From a virus (taxonomy: Duplodnaviria > Caudoviricetes): DNA of 60,162 bases. This document shows, piece after piece, positions 1 to 10,606 of the stretch (positions are counted from its first letter, which is position 1; each line of letters opens with the position of its first letter). The stretch lies in the IMG/VR virus record IMGVR_UViG_3300042879_001019, positions 1 through 60,162 of that record; one strand, written 5' to 3'. A program made the position numbers and the translations under genes. The notes beneath the pieces are model-generated. The model saw nothing but the letters and a program-made list of their open reading frames with translations. It had not been told where the DNA came from and did no database searches.

Positions 1-14
1 GTAAGCCAACCTAT

Positions 15-1853
15 ATGACAGGTACTCATTACATGTACTTACAATGGACAAAAATTGACATAGGTCTACCTGACTTTAGGGAATCAAATAGGATATTTTA
101 TATCTACTGGGAGGCATGTAAGGCTGATGAAAGGGCTTTTGGTATGTGTTACTTAAAGAACAGACGTTCTGGCTTCTCATTTATGTCAAGTGCCGAAGTA
201 TGTAATACTGGAACAATAGTTAGAGATTCTAGGATTGGTATTATGTCAAAGACTGGTAGTGATGCCAAGAAGATGTTTACTGATAAGGTCGTACCAATCG
301 TAAGGAACTATCCGTTCTTCTTTAAGCCTATTCAGGATGGTATGGATAATCCAAAGACTGAGTTAGCGTTTCGTGTACCAGCAAGTAAGATTACTCGAAA
401 GAATATGGATCAAGAAGCTCAAGATGAGATTGATGGTCTTGATACAACTATTGACTGGAAAAACACAGCTGACAACAGCTATGATGGTGAGAAGTTATTA
501 TTATTGATTGAAGATGAGGCTGGTAAAATTGAGAAACCTGAAAACATATTAAACGGCTGGAGAGTTAGAAAGACATGTCTTAGATTAGGTAGCAGAATCA
601 TTGGAAAATGTATGATGGGATCTACATCGAATGCATTGAGCAAAGGTGGTGAAAATTTCAAGAAGTTATATAATGACAGCAATCCTAGAACAAGATCAGC
701 TAATGGTCAGACAAAGAGTGGCTTGTACTCATTATTCATTCCTATGGATTGGAATTATGAAGGCTATATCGATGAGTTTGGATGGCCAGTTTTAGAAGAT
801 CCTGAAAAGCCGATAAAGGGAATTGACGGTAGTTTAATACACAATAGTGTTATAACATATTGGAACAATGAAGTAGCAGCACTAAAGACTGACTCTGATG
901 CATTGAATGAATTTTACCGACAGTTTCCGAGAACTGAATCACATGCATTTAGAGATGAGTCAAAGCAGTCTGTATTTAACTTAACAAAGATATACCAACA
1001 GATTGACTACAATGACTCATTGATTAAGGATCAGGTATTGACAAGAGGGTATTTCCACTGGAAGAATGGGGTGCTCGATAGTGAAGTTATTTGGACTCCT
1101 GATAAGAATGGTAGGTTCTTAGTATCTTGGATTCCTAACAGTAGGTTGCGAAACAATGTAATTACTAGAGGAGGAAAGAAGTACCCTGGCAATGAGCACT
1201 TAGGTGCATTTGGTTGTGACCCTTATGACATATCAGGTGTAGTTGGTGGTGGAGGGTCTAATGGCGCGTTGCATGGTATGACTAAGTACCACATGGAAGA
1301 AGCACCTACTAATGAGTTCTTTTTAGAGTATATTGCAAGGCCACAAACAGCAGAGATATTTTTTGAAGATGTATTAATGGCGTGTGTGTTTTATGGCATG
1401 CCATTGTTAGCGGAGAACAATAAGGCTAGGTTATTGTATCATTTTAAAAATAGGGGATATAGAGCTTACTCAATGAATAGACCTGACAAGCACAAAACTA
1501 AGCTCTCTAAGACTGAGATAGAGATAGGTGGGATACCTAACTCGTCTGAAGATGTTAGGCAAGCACACGCGTCAGCTATTGAGACGTATATTGAAGAGTA
1601 TGTAGGGCTTGATACTGAAGGCACATATAGAGAGCCTGACTGTATGGGATCTATGTATTTTACAAAAACATTAGAGGATTGGGCTAGATTTGATCCAAAC
1701 AATAGAACAAAACATGATGCATCTATTAGTTCAGGTCTAGCCATTATGGCTACACGCAAGCATTTGTTTGATGTAGAGAAAAAAGAATCGAAAATAAGTA
1801 TTAAATTTGTAAAATACGACAATCGTGGAATTAGAAGCGAAATACTAAAATAA
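15..1853 (+). CDS. terL: Terminase large subunit (probably 5'-truncated by the window edge)
   Basis: Walker A-like KNRRSGFS, Walker B LLIEDEAGK, GSTSN coupling motif, RNase H-like nuclease motif GCDPYD and C-terminal HDA; lies directly before the portal. Confidence 0.9.
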   Translation: MTGTHYMYLQWTKIDIGLPDFRESNRIFYIYWEACKADERAFGMCYLKNRRSGFSFMSSAEVCNTGTIVRDSRIGIMSKTGSDAKKMFTDKVVPIVRNYPFFFKPIQDGMDNPKTELAFRVPASKITRKNMDQEAQDEIDGLDTTIDWKNTADNSYDGEKLLLLIEDEAGKIEKPENILNGWRVRKTCLRLGSRIIGKCMMGSTSNALSKGGENFKKLYNDSNPRTRSANGQTKSGLYSLFIPMDWNYEGYIDEFGWPVLEDPEKPIKGIDGSLIHNSVITYWNNEVAALKTDSDALNEFYRQFPRTESHAFRDESKQSVFNLTKIYQQIDYNDSLIKDQVLTRGYFHWKNGVLDSEVIWTPDKNGRFLVSWIPNSRLRNNVITRGGKKYPGNEHLGAFGCDPYDISGVVGGGGSNGALHGMTKYHMEEAPTNEFFLEYIARPQTAEIFFEDVLMACVFYGMPLLAENNKARLLYHFKNRGYRAYSMNRPDKHKTKLSKTEIEIGGIPNSSEDVRQAHASAIETYIEEYVGLDTEGTYREPDCMGSMYFTKTLEDWARFDPNNRTKHDASISSGLAIMATRKHLFDVEKKESKISIKFVKYDNRGIRSEILK

Positions 1854-4285
1854 TGGAGAAATTATCAGTTGTAATTTATCAATCACCCTTTCCAAACCAA
1901 ATGGCTAGTGATGAAGAAAAGTCTACCGTTGAGTATGGTTTGAAAGTAGCAAAATCAGTTGAGGGTGAGTGGTTTAAACGTAAAGCAAATACATGTCGGT
2001 TCTATGATCAGTGGGGTGAATTTCATCGTTTAAGACTATACGCAAGAGGTGAGCAACCTGTACAAAAATATAAAGACGAATTATCAATAAATGGAGATAT
2101 GTCTATGTTGAATTTAGACTGGACTCCAATTCCTATTATACCTAAGTTTGTTGACATTGTTGTCAATGGAATGAATGATAGGCTTTTTACGATTAAAGCT
2201 GAATCACAAGATGTGATGTCTGCTGAGAAAAAGAATATCTTCCAGGATATGATTGAGGCAGATATGGTTGCCAAAGATTTCTTACAGTTGACTAAAGATC
2301 AATTTGGTATTGATGCGTTTAATGTTAATCCTGACGAGCTTCCTGAAAATGATGAAGAGCTGTCATTATACATGCAGTTAAAATATAAGCCATCAATTGA
2401 GATAGCTGAAGAGGTTGCTATTGATACAATTCTTAAAATGAATGAGTATCCTAAACTAAAGAAGTTGATTGACTATGATTTAACTGTTTTAGGTAAGGCT
2501 ATTGTAAGACATACATTCTTAGTGAATGATGGATTAAAAGTTGATTATGTAGATCCTGCTAATTTTATTCATAGCTACACTGAGCTAAATGATTTTTCAG
2601 ATTGTTATTACTTTGGTGAGGTTAAGCAAGTGCATTACACTGAGCTTTTAAAAATAAATCCAAACTTAACAGATGAGCAGTTAAAAGAAATACGTAACGC
2701 TTCATCTGCTTGGTATGACTACTTCCCTATTATTCGAAACTATCAAGATGATGCATTTCTAAATGAAGTAGTTACTTTACTTTATTTCAACTATAAGACT
2801 AGTAAGCGTTTTGTATGGAAAAAGAAGATCCTTGAGAACGGTGGTGAGCGAGTAATTAGAAAGAACGATACATTTAATCCTCCATCGGAAGAGGGAATGA
2901 TGTTTGAGAAAGTTGAAGCAGTTCGTGACGTTTGGTATGAAGGTATATTAGTTGGTGGTTCTAACATCATGCTTAAGTGGGATATGATGAAGAACATGGT
3001 AAGACCTAAGTCGGCTACACAGAACGCACTTCCTAACTATGTGATGTTTGCACCTAGAATGTATAAGGGAAATACTGAGTCATTAGTAAGACGTATGATT
3101 CCTTTTGCTGATCAGATACAACTTACTCACTTGAAGTTACAGCAAGTAATGGCAAGAGTAGTTCCTGATGGTGTGTTCATTGATGCTGATGGTATTAATG
3201 AGGTTGACCTTGGTACAGGGGCAGCATATAACCCAGAGGATGCGTTAAAGCTATACTTCCAGACTGGTAGTGTTATTGGTAGAAGCTACACCCAAGATGG
3301 TGAGTTCAATAATGCGCGAGTTCCTATTCAAGAACTTAATTCAAATAGCGGTCAATCTAAAATGGCCGCATTGATAGGAAACTACAACCACTATTTAAAT
3401 ATGATACGTGATGTGACAGGAATCAATGAAGTTAGAGACGGATCAACTCCTAGCCCTGACGCATTAGTTGGTGTTCAGAAACTAGCTGCATTGAACTCAA
3501 ACACAGCTACACGACATATATTAGAAGGAGGCCTTAATATTACTAAGAAACTAGCTGAGTGTTTATCAATACGAATTGCTGATATATTAGAGTACTCTGA
3601 CTTTGCTGAAGAGTTCGCTATGCAGATAGGTAAGTATAATGTTGCTATACTTAATGACATTAAAGATCTTTACTTGCATGACTTTGGTATATTCATTGAG
3701 TTAGCACCAGACGAAGAGCAAAAACAAATGCTTGAGGCAAATATTCAAGTATCATTACAACAACAAACAATTGACCTTGAAGATGCTATTGACATCAGAA
3801 TGATTAATAACATCAAGTTAGCTAATGAGTTGTTGAAGTTAAAGAGAAGAAAGAGAATGGAGCAGAAGCAGAAGGATCAAGAGATGCAGTTCCAAATGCA
3901 GATGCAAAGTAATATTCAATCTCAACAAGCTGCTGCTGAATCTAAAGCGCAATTGGTTCAGCTTGAGGCTCAGTCTAAGATACAATTGAGAGAAGCTGAG
4001 ATGAATTTCTCAGTTCAACAAATGCAAGCAGAGGCTGCTATTAAAGCTCAGTTGATGGAAAGAGAGTTCCAGTACAATATGCAATTAAAAGGTATTGAGA
4101 CTGACAACTTAATGAAGCGCGAAGAAAAGAAAGAAGAAGCTAAAGATAAGCGAGTTGATCTTCAAGCAACAAGACAATCTGAGTTGATTAATCAAAGAAA
4201 GAATAACTTACCACCATTGAACTTCGAAAGTAGCGGTAATGATAACTTAGGTGATTTTGATTTAGAAATGTTTAGCCCTAAATAG
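1853..4285 (+). CDS. Portal protein (810 aa, C-terminal Q-rich coiled coil)
   Basis: Follows terL; size and Q/M-rich helical barrel tail are typical of P22/crAss-like portals. Confidence 0.8.
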   Translation: MEKLSVVIYQSPFPNQMASDEEKSTVEYGLKVAKSVEGEWFKRKANTCRFYDQWGEFHRLRLYARGEQPVQKYKDELSINGDMSMLNLDWTPIPIIPKFVDIVVNGMNDRLFTIKAESQDVMSAEKKNIFQDMIEADMVAKDFLQLTKDQFGIDAFNVNPDELPENDEELSLYMQLKYKPSIEIAEEVAIDTILKMNEYPKLKKLIDYDLTVLGKAIVRHTFLVNDGLKVDYVDPANFIHSYTELNDFSDCYYFGEVKQVHYTELLKINPNLTDEQLKEIRNASSAWYDYFPIIRNYQDDAFLNEVVTLLYFNYKTSKRFVWKKKILENGGERVIRKNDTFNPPSEEGMMFEKVEAVRDVWYEGILVGGSNIMLKWDMMKNMVRPKSATQNALPNYVMFAPRMYKGNTESLVRRMIPFADQIQLTHLKLQQVMARVVPDGVFIDADGINEVDLGTGAAYNPEDALKLYFQTGSVIGRSYTQDGEFNNARVPIQELNSNSGQSKMAALIGNYNHYLNMIRDVTGINEVRDGSTPSPDALVGVQKLAALNSNTATRHILEGGLNITKKLAECLSIRIADILEYSDFAEEFAMQIGKYNVAILNDIKDLYLHDFGIFIELAPDEEQKQMLEANIQVSLQQQTIDLEDAIDIRMINNIKLANELLKLKRRKRMEQKQKDQEMQFQMQMQSNIQSQQAAAESKAQLVQLEAQSKIQLREAEMNFSVQQMQAEAAIKAQLMEREFQYNMQLKGIETDNLMKREEKKEEAKDKRVDLQATRQSELINQRKNNLPPLNFESSGNDNLGDFDLEMFSPK

Positions 4286-4315
4286 TTGTTTACAGTAAAC
4301 ATTTAAATGTAAACA

Positions 4316-4957
4316 GTGGCATATATAGAACACAATTTCTTTCCTTTGAAGGTATTCGTAAGGAATGAGTACATGTATCAATTTAAAAAGGGGCATGGTG
4401 AATTTACAGAAGGCGTAATTATATCTGTAAGATGTATGCCAGGTCAAGCTGCATTATTTCAAGTTTTGCTTGATAATGGTGTCATGAGAGATAAGTTACC
4501 TAGCCATGCTTTACTAACTGAACCAGAGTTACCAAATCCCGACCTACCTTTCCATTACTTACAGATATGGAACTGTTTTAGCTATCGTTTTACATTGACA
4601 CAACTTTCTTATGTGTATGATACAAATGTTGATGTATATATGAAAGATAGGCAGTGGCACAAAGGAACTTATTACGCTACAATAAATTGGGGATCTAACG
4701 ATATAAATACTGATATTACATTGGCTGAAGATCCACTAGAGCACAAGTCACATCATATAATATTACTTGATAACGGTCAGATAGCCTTACAGCCAAACAA
4801 TAGAGTACGTTGGTATGAGCCTTCATTTGTTACAAAAGAGTTTCCATCTAAGCCTGACTACTTGGTTAATAACGCTTGGTTTAACTGCGAAGGGTTTGAT
4901 AAGTGGCATACTGAAGATTCAGATGCTATGTTTTATGACAACGTAGACCTAGATTAA
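4316..4957 (+). CDS. Hypothetical phage protein (213 aa) between portal and scaffold
   Basis: Long ORF with globular composition; GTG start; flanked by palindromes. Confidence 0.7.
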   Translation: MAYIEHNFFPLKVFVRNEYMYQFKKGHGEFTEGVIISVRCMPGQAALFQVLLDNGVMRDKLPSHALLTEPELPNPDLPFHYLQIWNCFSYRFTLTQLSYVYDTNVDVYMKDRQWHKGTYYATINWGSNDINTDITLAEDPLEHKSHHIILLDNGQIALQPNNRVRWYEPSFVTKEFPSKPDYLVNNAWFNCEGFDKWHTEDSDAMFYDNVDLD

Positions 4958-5134
4958 TCGGATTTTTACCGATTATTTACTTGCCAAATTGCATGAATTT
5001 TTCCAGATTTGGCAACTGAAAAACAGCCAAAACGTCAAAAAAATCTTTATTTTGGCTCATGCATAATATATTAGCTATTTTACCTAAAATTATATGCTTT
5101 TGCATAATATATTAGCTACTTTACTGATTATATA
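4955..5134. repeat. Array of short inverted repeats plus a tandem duplication
   Basis: TAATCGG-N7-CCGATTA; TTGCCAAAT-N17-ATTTGGCAA; AGCCAAAA-N17-TTTTGGCT; two copies of TGCATAATATATTAGCTAYTTTAC (5060, 5101). Confidence 0.85.
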
Positions 5135-5153
5135 TGTTTTAAAATATAATTAT

Positions 5154-5161
5154 TATCTTTG
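5154..5161 (+). promoter_or_regulatory. Bacteroidota -7 promoter element (TATCTTTG) for scaffold and capsid genes
   Basis: Matches the TAnnTTTG consensus, 15 nt upstream of ATG 5177. Confidence 0.7.
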
Positions 5162-5176
5162 TAAAAATTAAATCAA

Positions 5177-6286
5177 ATGGAAGGAGAATTTAAAGTAAGA
5201 GCAGTTGAGTTCGAGGAGAAGTCAGTTGCAGAAATAGAACAACAGTTGTTGGATAAACATGCTGAAGAAACAGGACAAGTTCAAGATGAGCCGACTGTGG
5301 ATAAAGTTGATATTAGTGCGCCAACAGACACACCAGTTGAACCTCAAGAGATTGAGATAGACGACAACAAAGTTCTTTCATATATTGGAAAAAGATATAA
5401 CAAAGAGATTAGCAATCTTGATGAGTTGTTTGAGCAACGTTCAAGCAATGAGGATTTAGATCCAGAGGTTGCTACCTATTTGAAGTATAAAAAAGAAACT
5501 GGTCGTGGAATCGAGGACTTTATTAAATTGAATAAAGATTACGATTCAATGGATCAGGACCAATTGCTATTTGAATATCGCAAGAACAAAGACAAAGATC
5601 TTGACATTGATGATATCAAGTTCGATCTTGAGACTCAGTTTGGATATGATTCAGACTTTGACGACGAGAAAGAGATTAAGAAAAAGCAGTTGGCTAAGAA
5701 AAAAGAACTCACAAAAGCTAAGGACTATTTCAACAGCTTAAAAGAACAGTATAAAGTTCCTCTTGAGTCAAGAGAATCTTTTGTTCCACAAGAAGAGAAA
5801 GAGTCGTATGAAGCATATAAGAGTTATAAACAAGCTGCGGCTCAAACTGATGAAGAGCAGTCAAAAAGGGCGAGGTATTTCAGTGAGAAGACTTCTGATT
5901 TATTCTCTGAAAAGTTCGAAGGTTTCGGATTTAATTTAGACGAGAATAAAAAGTTAGTTTACAAACCATCTGAAGCACCAGACCTGCTGAAAGAGCAATC
6001 CAATCTTCAAAACTTTGTATCAAGGTTTTTGAATGAGGAAGGTTATCTTAAAGATGCTGAAACTTTTCATCGGGCTATCGCAGTAGCTTCGAACCCAGAG
6101 AAGTTTGCCAAGTTCTTCTATGAGAAAGGAATGGCAGATGCGGTTGATGGTGTTGCTAAGGAGTCTAAAAATATAGACATGACTCGACAAGCTACACAAG
6201 TCACACCAGCTCCAGGTTTCAGAGTTACAGCTGTAGATGATGATCGTGGCAACAGATTAGTAATTAGAAACAAAAACAAAAATTAG
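5177..6286 (+). CDS. Putative capsid scaffolding protein
   Basis: Highly acidic, helical, immediately upstream of the major capsid gene. Confidence 0.65.
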   Translation: MEGEFKVRAVEFEEKSVAEIEQQLLDKHAEETGQVQDEPTVDKVDISAPTDTPVEPQEIEIDDNKVLSYIGKRYNKEISNLDELFEQRSSNEDLDPEVATYLKYKKETGRGIEDFIKLNKDYDSMDQDQLLFEYRKNKDKDLDIDDIKFDLETQFGYDSDFDDEKEIKKKQLAKKKELTKAKDYFNSLKEQYKVPLESRESFVPQEEKESYEAYKSYKQAAAQTDEEQSKRARYFSEKTSDLFSEKFEGFGFNLDENKKLVYKPSEAPDLLKEQSNLQNFVSRFLNEEGYLKDAETFHRAIAVASNPEKFAKFFYEKGMADAVDGVAKESKNIDMTRQATQVTPAPGFRVTAVDDDRGNRLVIRNKNKN

Positions 6287-6291
6287 AAAAA

Positions 6292-7716
6292 ATGGCTGGT
6301 ACATTACAAGCGAGCCCTGGTGTTGCAATTACACCTAGCTCAGTTAAGGCAGCATTGCCTACAAACTACATCACTGACTTCAATTTCTTGAATCAGTATC
6401 TTCCTGATACTTACGAACAAGAATTTGAGCGTTATGGAAACCGAACTATCGCATCTTTCTTGCGTATGGTTGGTGCTGAAATCCCTACTAACTCTGACTT
6501 AATTAAATGGGCAGAGCAAGGACGACTTCACACTAAATATACTGGATTGACATTTGGTGCTCTTGGAACACCAGCTGCTGGACAACAAATATTTACTCTT
6601 GCTTCTGGATCTTGTGTTTTTAGACTTGGGCAAACTGTATTTTTATCTTCAGATAGCATCTCTAGTCAATCTGCAAAAGGTGTTATTGTTGCAGTTACTA
6701 CAAATACTTTCACTGTTGCTTACTATACTGCTTATGCATCATCTCCATTTACAGCTGCTACTACTGTAACAGCATTCGTATATGGGTCTGAATTCAAAAA
6801 AGGATCTGGTGGTATGCAGGGTTCATTAGAAGCTCAAGATTTATTCTTCGATAATAAACCAATTATTATCAAGGATAAGTACATTGTATCAGGATCTGAT
6901 ATGGCTCAAATTGGATGGGTTGAAGTAACTACTGAGAACGGTGCTACAGGTTATTTGTGGTATATGAAGTCAGAGCATGAAACTCGTCTACGTTTTGAAG
7001 ATTATCTTGAAATGGCAATGGTAGAAGGTGTTCCTGCTGCTTCTGGATCAGGTGCTGCAACTGAACTTGGATCTGCTGCTTACCCTGCTGGATCTACAAA
7101 TCCATACAATGCAGGTACTCAAGGTATGTTTGCTGCTATTGAGTCAAGAGGTAATGTTTGGTCTGGTGGTAATCCATCTGCTTTGTCTGACTTTGATACT
7201 ATCGTACAACGTCTTGACAAGCAAGGAGCTATCGCTGAGAATGCATTGTTCTTGAACCGTCAGTTCTCTTTTGATATAGATGATATGTTAGCTGCTCAAA
7301 ACTCTTACGGAGTTGGTGGTACGTCTTACGGTTTATTTGATAACAGCGAGCAAATGGCTTTGAACCTTGGTTTCACAGGATTCCGTAGAGGTTATGAGTT
7401 CTACAAAACTGACTGGAAATATCTTAACGATGCTACTCTTCGTGGTGGTCTAGTTGGTGGAGCTGTAAACGGAGTTTTAGTTCCTGCTGGTACAACTACA
7501 GTTTATGACCAAGTTCTTGGTAAAAACGCAAAACGTCCATTCTTACACGTTCGTTACCGTGCTTCTGAAGCTGAGAACAGACGTTACAAGACTTGGATGA
7601 CTGGTTCTGCTGGTGGTGCTGCAACTAGCGATCTTGATGCAATGGAGGTTAACTTCTTGTCTGAAAGAGCTCTTTGTACACTTGGTGCAAACAACTTCTT
7701 TATCTTCAAAGGATAA
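6292..7716 (+). CDS. Major capsid protein
   Basis: 474 aa, strongly biased codons, position after scaffold, followed by a terminator. Confidence 0.8.
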   Translation: MAGTLQASPGVAITPSSVKAALPTNYITDFNFLNQYLPDTYEQEFERYGNRTIASFLRMVGAEIPTNSDLIKWAEQGRLHTKYTGLTFGALGTPAAGQQIFTLASGSCVFRLGQTVFLSSDSISSQSAKGVIVAVTTNTFTVAYYTAYASSPFTAATTVTAFVYGSEFKKGSGGMQGSLEAQDLFFDNKPIIIKDKYIVSGSDMAQIGWVEVTTENGATGYLWYMKSEHETRLRFEDYLEMAMVEGVPAASGSGAATELGSAAYPAGSTNPYNAGTQGMFAAIESRGNVWSGGNPSALSDFDTIVQRLDKQGAIAENALFLNRQFSFDIDDMLAAQNSYGVGGTSYGLFDNSEQMALNLGFTGFRRGYEFYKTDWKYLNDATLRGGLVGGAVNGVLVPAGTTTVYDQVLGKNAKRPFLHVRYRASEAENRRYKTWMTGSAGGAATSDLDAMEVNFLSERALCTLGANNFFIFKG

Positions 7717-7726
7717 GAATAAATAC

Positions 7727-7759
7727 AGAGAGGGTGTAAAAACCCTCTCTATTTTTTTT
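7727..7759 (+). terminator. Rho-independent terminator after the major capsid gene
   Basis: AGAGAGGGT-GTAAAA-ACCCTCTCT followed by ATTTTTTTT. Confidence 0.85.
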
Positions 7760-7779
7760 GAAAATTTAAATTATATAAA

Positions 7780-8559
7780 ATGGAAAAGTTAAAAATTGAG
7801 AAAATTTCTCTCGAACCAAAAGACAGAACTTATATTCTGAAAAACAATGAATCGCCTTTGTCTTATTATATAGCTTCAAAGGATACACCTAGACAACGTC
7901 TACTTTACTATTGTGAAGAAACAAATACAAATCACCCACTTCGTTACGCTCGAAATTCAAATAGCCCTTTTCAGGAAGAGCAGGATCAAAATGTAATTGT
8001 TGAGCCGATTGTATTTGAAGATGGTATATTAACAGTTCCTAGAACAAATCCAGTTTTACAACAATTCTTACATTATCATCCTGGGAATGGATACGAATTT
8101 TATGAATTCGATAATGAAAGAGATGCTGAAGAAGATATTCAATCTATGTACTCAGAACTTGATGCACAGTTGGCCGCTAGAGATTTGGCTGCAAATGACT
8201 TTAATACATTAGAGGCTGTTGCTCGTATTTTAGTTGGTGGACAAGTTGATAGAATGAGTAGTTCTGAGATTAAAAGAGATATGATGATTTACGCGAAGAG
8301 ATATCCTGAGGATTTCTTAGATGCTGTAAATGACCCATCATTAAAAATCAACAACATTGCTGCAAGAGCAATATCTGATGGTTACTTAGCTACTAGAAAT
8401 CAAGGTAAAGATTTATATTTCAACTTAAAAGAAAACAAGAAGAAACTGCTCACAGTACCATTTGGTGCTAATCCAGCAAGTGTTTTAGCTTCATATCTGC
8501 AATCAGATGAAGGTATTGAGCTGTATCAATTCTTAGAAGATAAGTTTTCAAATAATTAG
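7780..8559 (+). CDS. Hypothetical protein downstream of the major capsid gene
   Basis: 259-aa ORF with an A-rich start region. Confidence 0.7.
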   Translation: MEKLKIEKISLEPKDRTYILKNNESPLSYYIASKDTPRQRLLYYCEETNTNHPLRYARNSNSPFQEEQDQNVIVEPIVFEDGILTVPRTNPVLQQFLHYHPGNGYEFYEFDNERDAEEDIQSMYSELDAQLAARDLAANDFNTLEAVARILVGGQVDRMSSSEIKRDMMIYAKRYPEDFLDAVNDPSLKINNIAARAISDGYLATRNQGKDLYFNLKENKKKLLTVPFGANPASVLASYLQSDEGIELYQFLEDKFSNN

Positions 8560-8598
8560 TATATTTGCATCGTTATTAACTTTTAAAACGTTTTAAAA

Positions 8599-8913
8599 AT
8601 GGAAAAATTCTTAAAATTAACTGCTGGATCTAATGTTACACTTCTTAATGCTTCTAGCATTCAGTTTGTTGCTACTACATTAGCTAATCCTACGTTAGTA
8701 GATGTTTTGTATGGTGCTGGTGGTGCTACTGCTGGTTCTGATACTATTCGTATCACATCATCTGCAACTGCAACAGCTGCTGAGCAAGCTGCATTTAGAG
8801 ATGCTATTTATGATGCTATTGAATTAGCTAATAGAGCATCAAGCAACCCTGATTCATTTATTGTTCCTGCATTACCTACTGGTATTACTATTGCAAGTGC
8901 AGCTTTGAATTAA
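8599..8913 (+). CDS. Small Ala/Thr-rich virion protein (possible capsid decoration)
   Basis: Own TATATTTG element at 8560; capsid-like codon bias; terminator downstream. Confidence 0.5.
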   Translation: MEKFLKLTAGSNVTLLNASSIQFVATTLANPTLVDVLYGAGGATAGSDTIRITSSATATAAEQAAFRDAIYDAIELANRASSNPDSFIVPALPTGITIASAALN

Positions 8914-8936
8914 TAAGCTATCAAACTAGAAAGGAA

Positions 8937-8964
8937 GAGGCACTTATTATAAGTGCCTTTTTTT
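8937..8964 (+). terminator. Rho-independent terminator
   Basis: GAGGCACTTA-T-TATAAGTGCCTT followed by a T run. Confidence 0.8.
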
Positions 8965-8980
8965 ATTTATCTTTGTAAGT

Positions 8981-9694
8981 ATGATAAACGAAGTTAGAAA
9001 TACAGTTCTGTCTATATTAGCAAAAGACAACAGAGGATATGTTACTCCATTTGAGTTCAACCTATACGCTAAACAAGCACAGTTAGACATATTCGAGCGA
9101 TATATCTATCTATATAGCAACTCAATTATCAAGCAAAATCAAAGGGCGCATGGCGAAGGGTATTCTGACGTGCCTAAAAAGCTATCTGAAGTTTTGGATA
9201 CCTTTTATAAGGTAGACACATTAACTTATACAGCACCATATTTTGAAGCACCATCAGATAGCTATTTCATTCAAAAACTAGTTTTAAATAATAAGGAAAT
9301 AGAGAAAGTGAGTCAACAAAAAGTCCTTTATTTATTGGCTTCAAACTTGACTGCACCATCTGTTGCTTACCCTGTTTATACGCTTATGGATGATGACGGT
9401 ACAACTAACGCTAGAGCTAATTTCATGGTTTATCCAAATACGATAACGGCTAGTGTTGATGCTCATTATTTAAGGTATCCTAAAGAGCCTAAGTGGACAT
9501 ACACATCAGTTGGTGGCGATCCATTATTTAATCCATCTCCATCATTAGGGTATCAAGACTTTGAAATGCCAATGAGTGACTTCTCTGACTTGGTTGTTAA
9601 GATATTACAATACGCTGGCGTATCGATAAGAGAGCAAGAGGTTATAGCAGCGGCTAAGGCTGAGGAGCTACAAGAAATACAACAAAAACAATAA
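8981..9694 (+). CDS. Putative head-tail adaptor / tail tubular ring protein
   Basis: First gene of the tail module; YLRYPKEPKW motif typical of crAss-like ring proteins (recalled, not searched). Confidence 0.55.
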   Translation: MINEVRNTVLSILAKDNRGYVTPFEFNLYAKQAQLDIFERYIYLYSNSIIKQNQRAHGEGYSDVPKKLSEVLDTFYKVDTLTYTAPYFEAPSDSYFIQKLVLNNKEIEKVSQQKVLYLLASNLTAPSVAYPVYTLMDDDGTTNARANFMVYPNTITASVDAHYLRYPKEPKWTYTSVGGDPLFNPSPSLGYQDFEMPMSDFSDLVVKILQYAGVSIREQEVIAAAKAEELQEIQQKQ

Positions 9695-9697
9695 TAA

Positions 9698-10606
9698 ATG
9701 GCATACATTACTAACTATCAATATTATACTAACAATGGTGTAATACCTGAAGATACGAACTGGGGTTCATATCAATATGTTAGCCTTGCAGATATAGTTA
9801 ACAATTTTATGCTAATGTATGTTGGCAATGATAAACTTGTTAATAATGTTGAGCGATATACTGTCTTATTTCATGCAAAGAGAGCTATTCAAGAGATTAA
9901 CTATGACGCATTAAGAAACATAAAAGTGCTTGAGTTGCATTTAGATGATAGCTTAAAGATGGTGCTTCCTCCTGACTATGTTAACTATGTAAGGATATCA
10001 TTACTTAGGCAAGGTGTTCTTTTGCAACTTACTGAGAATAGATCAGTATTGTCGGCTACAGCGTACTTACAAGATAACGACTACAATATTATTTTCGATT
10101 TAAATGGTGAAGTAGTTACAGGCACGTCAAAGATTGACATGATGCGACTTGACAAGCAATTATACACAGGTCCTGGACCTTACAATGGGTCTTACGGTTG
10201 GGATTATAATGGTGAGTGGTACTTTGGTTATAATATGGGTGGACGTTATGGTCTAGCTACTGATGAAGCAAATAGAAATCCTAAGTTTACTATAAACAAA
10301 GCAGCAGGAGTAATTGACTTTTCTACTGGTGTTGAAGATGGTTACATTGTTCTTGAATACATTTCAGATGGAATGGAGAATGGTGATGATTCTCTTATCA
10401 CAATCAACAAATTAGCTGAAGAGTATATTTACAGCTATTTAAAATGGGCGGTACTTAATAATAAAACTGCTATTCCTGAATATATCGTAAACAGAGTTCG
10501 AAAAGAAAAGACGGCTATGTTGAGAAATACAAAAATAAGATTGAGCAACTTACATCCAGCAAGATTACTTATGTCACTAAGAGGGCGTGATAAAATTATA
10601 AAATAA
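9698..10606 (+). CDS. Putative tail ring / structural protein
   Basis: Position between adaptor and muzzle genes. Confidence 0.5.
   Translation: MAYITNYQYYTNNGVIPEDTNWGSYQYVSLADIVNNFMLMYVGNDKLVNNVERYTVLFHAKRAIQEINYDALRNIKVLELHLDDSLKMVLPPDYVNYVRISLLRQGVLLQLTENRSVLSATAYLQDNDYNIIFDLNGEVVTGTSKIDMMRLDKQLYTGPGPYNGSYGWDYNGEWYFGYNMGGRYGLATDEANRNPKFTINKAAGVIDFSTGVEDGYIVLEYISDGMENGDDSLITINKLAEEYIYSYLKWAVLNNKTAIPEYIVNRVRKEKTAMLRNTKIRLSNLHPARLLMSLRGRDKIIK

Noticed and set aside
5060-5124. Two 24-nt direct repeats as a mini-CRISPR
   Set aside because: Only two copies, a 17-nt gap, and no cas genes
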